Shown here in pieces: positions 62,781 to 64,000 of a stretch of 64,000 bases of DNA. Position numbers and translations under genes: made by a program. Source of the DNA: Antedon mediterranea (Eukaryota; Animalia; Echinodermata); contig NC_092680.1 of assembly GCF_964355755.1 (NCBI RefSeq), forward strand, positions 15,075,045-15,139,044, read 5' to 3'. Below the pieces are notes generated by a model. That model saw only the letters and a program-made list of their open reading frames with translations, was not told where the DNA came from and ran no database searches. The first letter of the stretch is position 1. Each line of letters opens with the position of its first letter.

Positions 62781-63199
62781 ACAAGATGGTAGATGAATCC
62801 ATGCATTTAAAAGTAGCCTACACAATCCAGTACATTTCCATGGCGTATTTTATACTATAGTGGATTTATTGATTTAGGTTCATGCAATTTTATTTATTAT
62901 TTATATATTATTATTTTATTTACTTTGATTGTTTCATATTGTGAAACTATACGAAGATTATAACATTATAAATAACTATACTATGGTATAACATTTTAAT
63001 AACAAAATTCCTATAATTTTAATTAATATTTGTCTAGTTTTTGTCTGTTTTTGTATATATTGTAAAATGTTCCTACAGTGTAGACTATTTAAATCGTTTC
63101 AGTGATGAGAGACCATATTAGACACACACGCACACATTTACAAAATAGTACAGTAAAATAGTGATTAAGATTAAGATAACAATAGAAATATAAAGATAA

Positions 63200-63336
63200 A
63201 GCTCTGTATACACTATTAAACTATAGTTTGACAAAAAAAGTGTGATATGCACACATATGGTAGTGATATGGTGAAATATGGTAGTGATATGACGTCATCA
63301 TGTCCATATATGTACAGATACAGTATAGACAAAGCT
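63200..63336. mobile_element. Short Harbinger-type MITE
   Basis: Imperfect TIRs AGCTCTGTATACACT / AGTATAGACAAAGCT flanked by TAA on both sides. Confidence 0.6.
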
Positions 63337-64000
63337 TAACGAAGAAAACTCTGTCGTAGGGTAGGAGAAAATGTCGTAGGGGATAATGTTGGCGGAGAAT
63401 GTGTCTGGGGAAAAAATGTCACGATGAAAATATGTTTCAAGTGGGAAACCCCGACAACGTATGAATAACGCTTACTTACGTGCATCATTTGTTCTATTTA
63501 AAAAGCAGGGCAATGTACGCTTATGTTATTATGTCTTGTGATTATCAAGGTAATAATTAATCTCTTACTAAGTACATTAAAAGATAAGGAATGTGAAGAA
63601 CCTGTTTCAATGAACGGATAACAATACAATGAAAATATTAAATTTCAAGGTTAAAATAGATACAATGCTATAGACTGAATAATCTTAGATTGTGTGTTTA
63701 CGTGTCATACGCTATAGGCTATCGAAAAATAAAACTGTGGCCGGTGAAGATTGTATTTAGACTTGTTTCTGTGATCTCTGTCAATTATATAATACAACCA
63801 AACCCCCAATTGTGCTTAATTATCAAGAACAATAATACATTGTCCTGTAAGTGATAATAGTTTTTTAGCAACAAAAGTTGATACCACTTTATACTTGAGT
63901 TTATTTCCTTTACTTTATTATCTTAGAAAAATTACGAATTTACTAAACCACTATTGAAATTAAACAGATATCATAAAACTTTCATACAGTAGTTTATATG

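Overview
This is AT-rich, intron-containing animal genomic DNA, probably a marine invertebrate; a deuterostome or echinoderm origin is a guess from SINE type and repeat content. The left 37 kb holds two tandem, same-strand paralogues. By manual GT-AG splicing they have 22 exons/~1501 aa and 21 exons/~1502 aa, each encoding signal peptide + 8 MAM domains + one transmembrane helix + short tail, with no LDLa modules seen. Their introns and the spacer between them carry many MITE/foldback elements, SINE fragments and a decayed LINE. Downstream of gene 2 lie an orphan copy of its last exon and a ~1.71-kb tandem array built partly from its 3' UTR/flank. Three array units carry different insertions: a 10.6-kb Ty3/Gypsy element, a Helentron/HINE-like element and a solo LTR. 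The Gypsy element has 176-bp LTRs differing at one base, a GTAT TSD, a gag-pol -1 frameshift signal, an unusual HHDD RT motif, a crippled pol and a nested 3.4-kb Helitron. A near-intact L2-clade LINE lies near the right end. The palindrome TAGGCCTA is strongly over-represented, and one array unit shows it as a GGCCTA gain at a TA, suggesting a transposon excision footprint. All coordinates, alignments and counts were made by eye.
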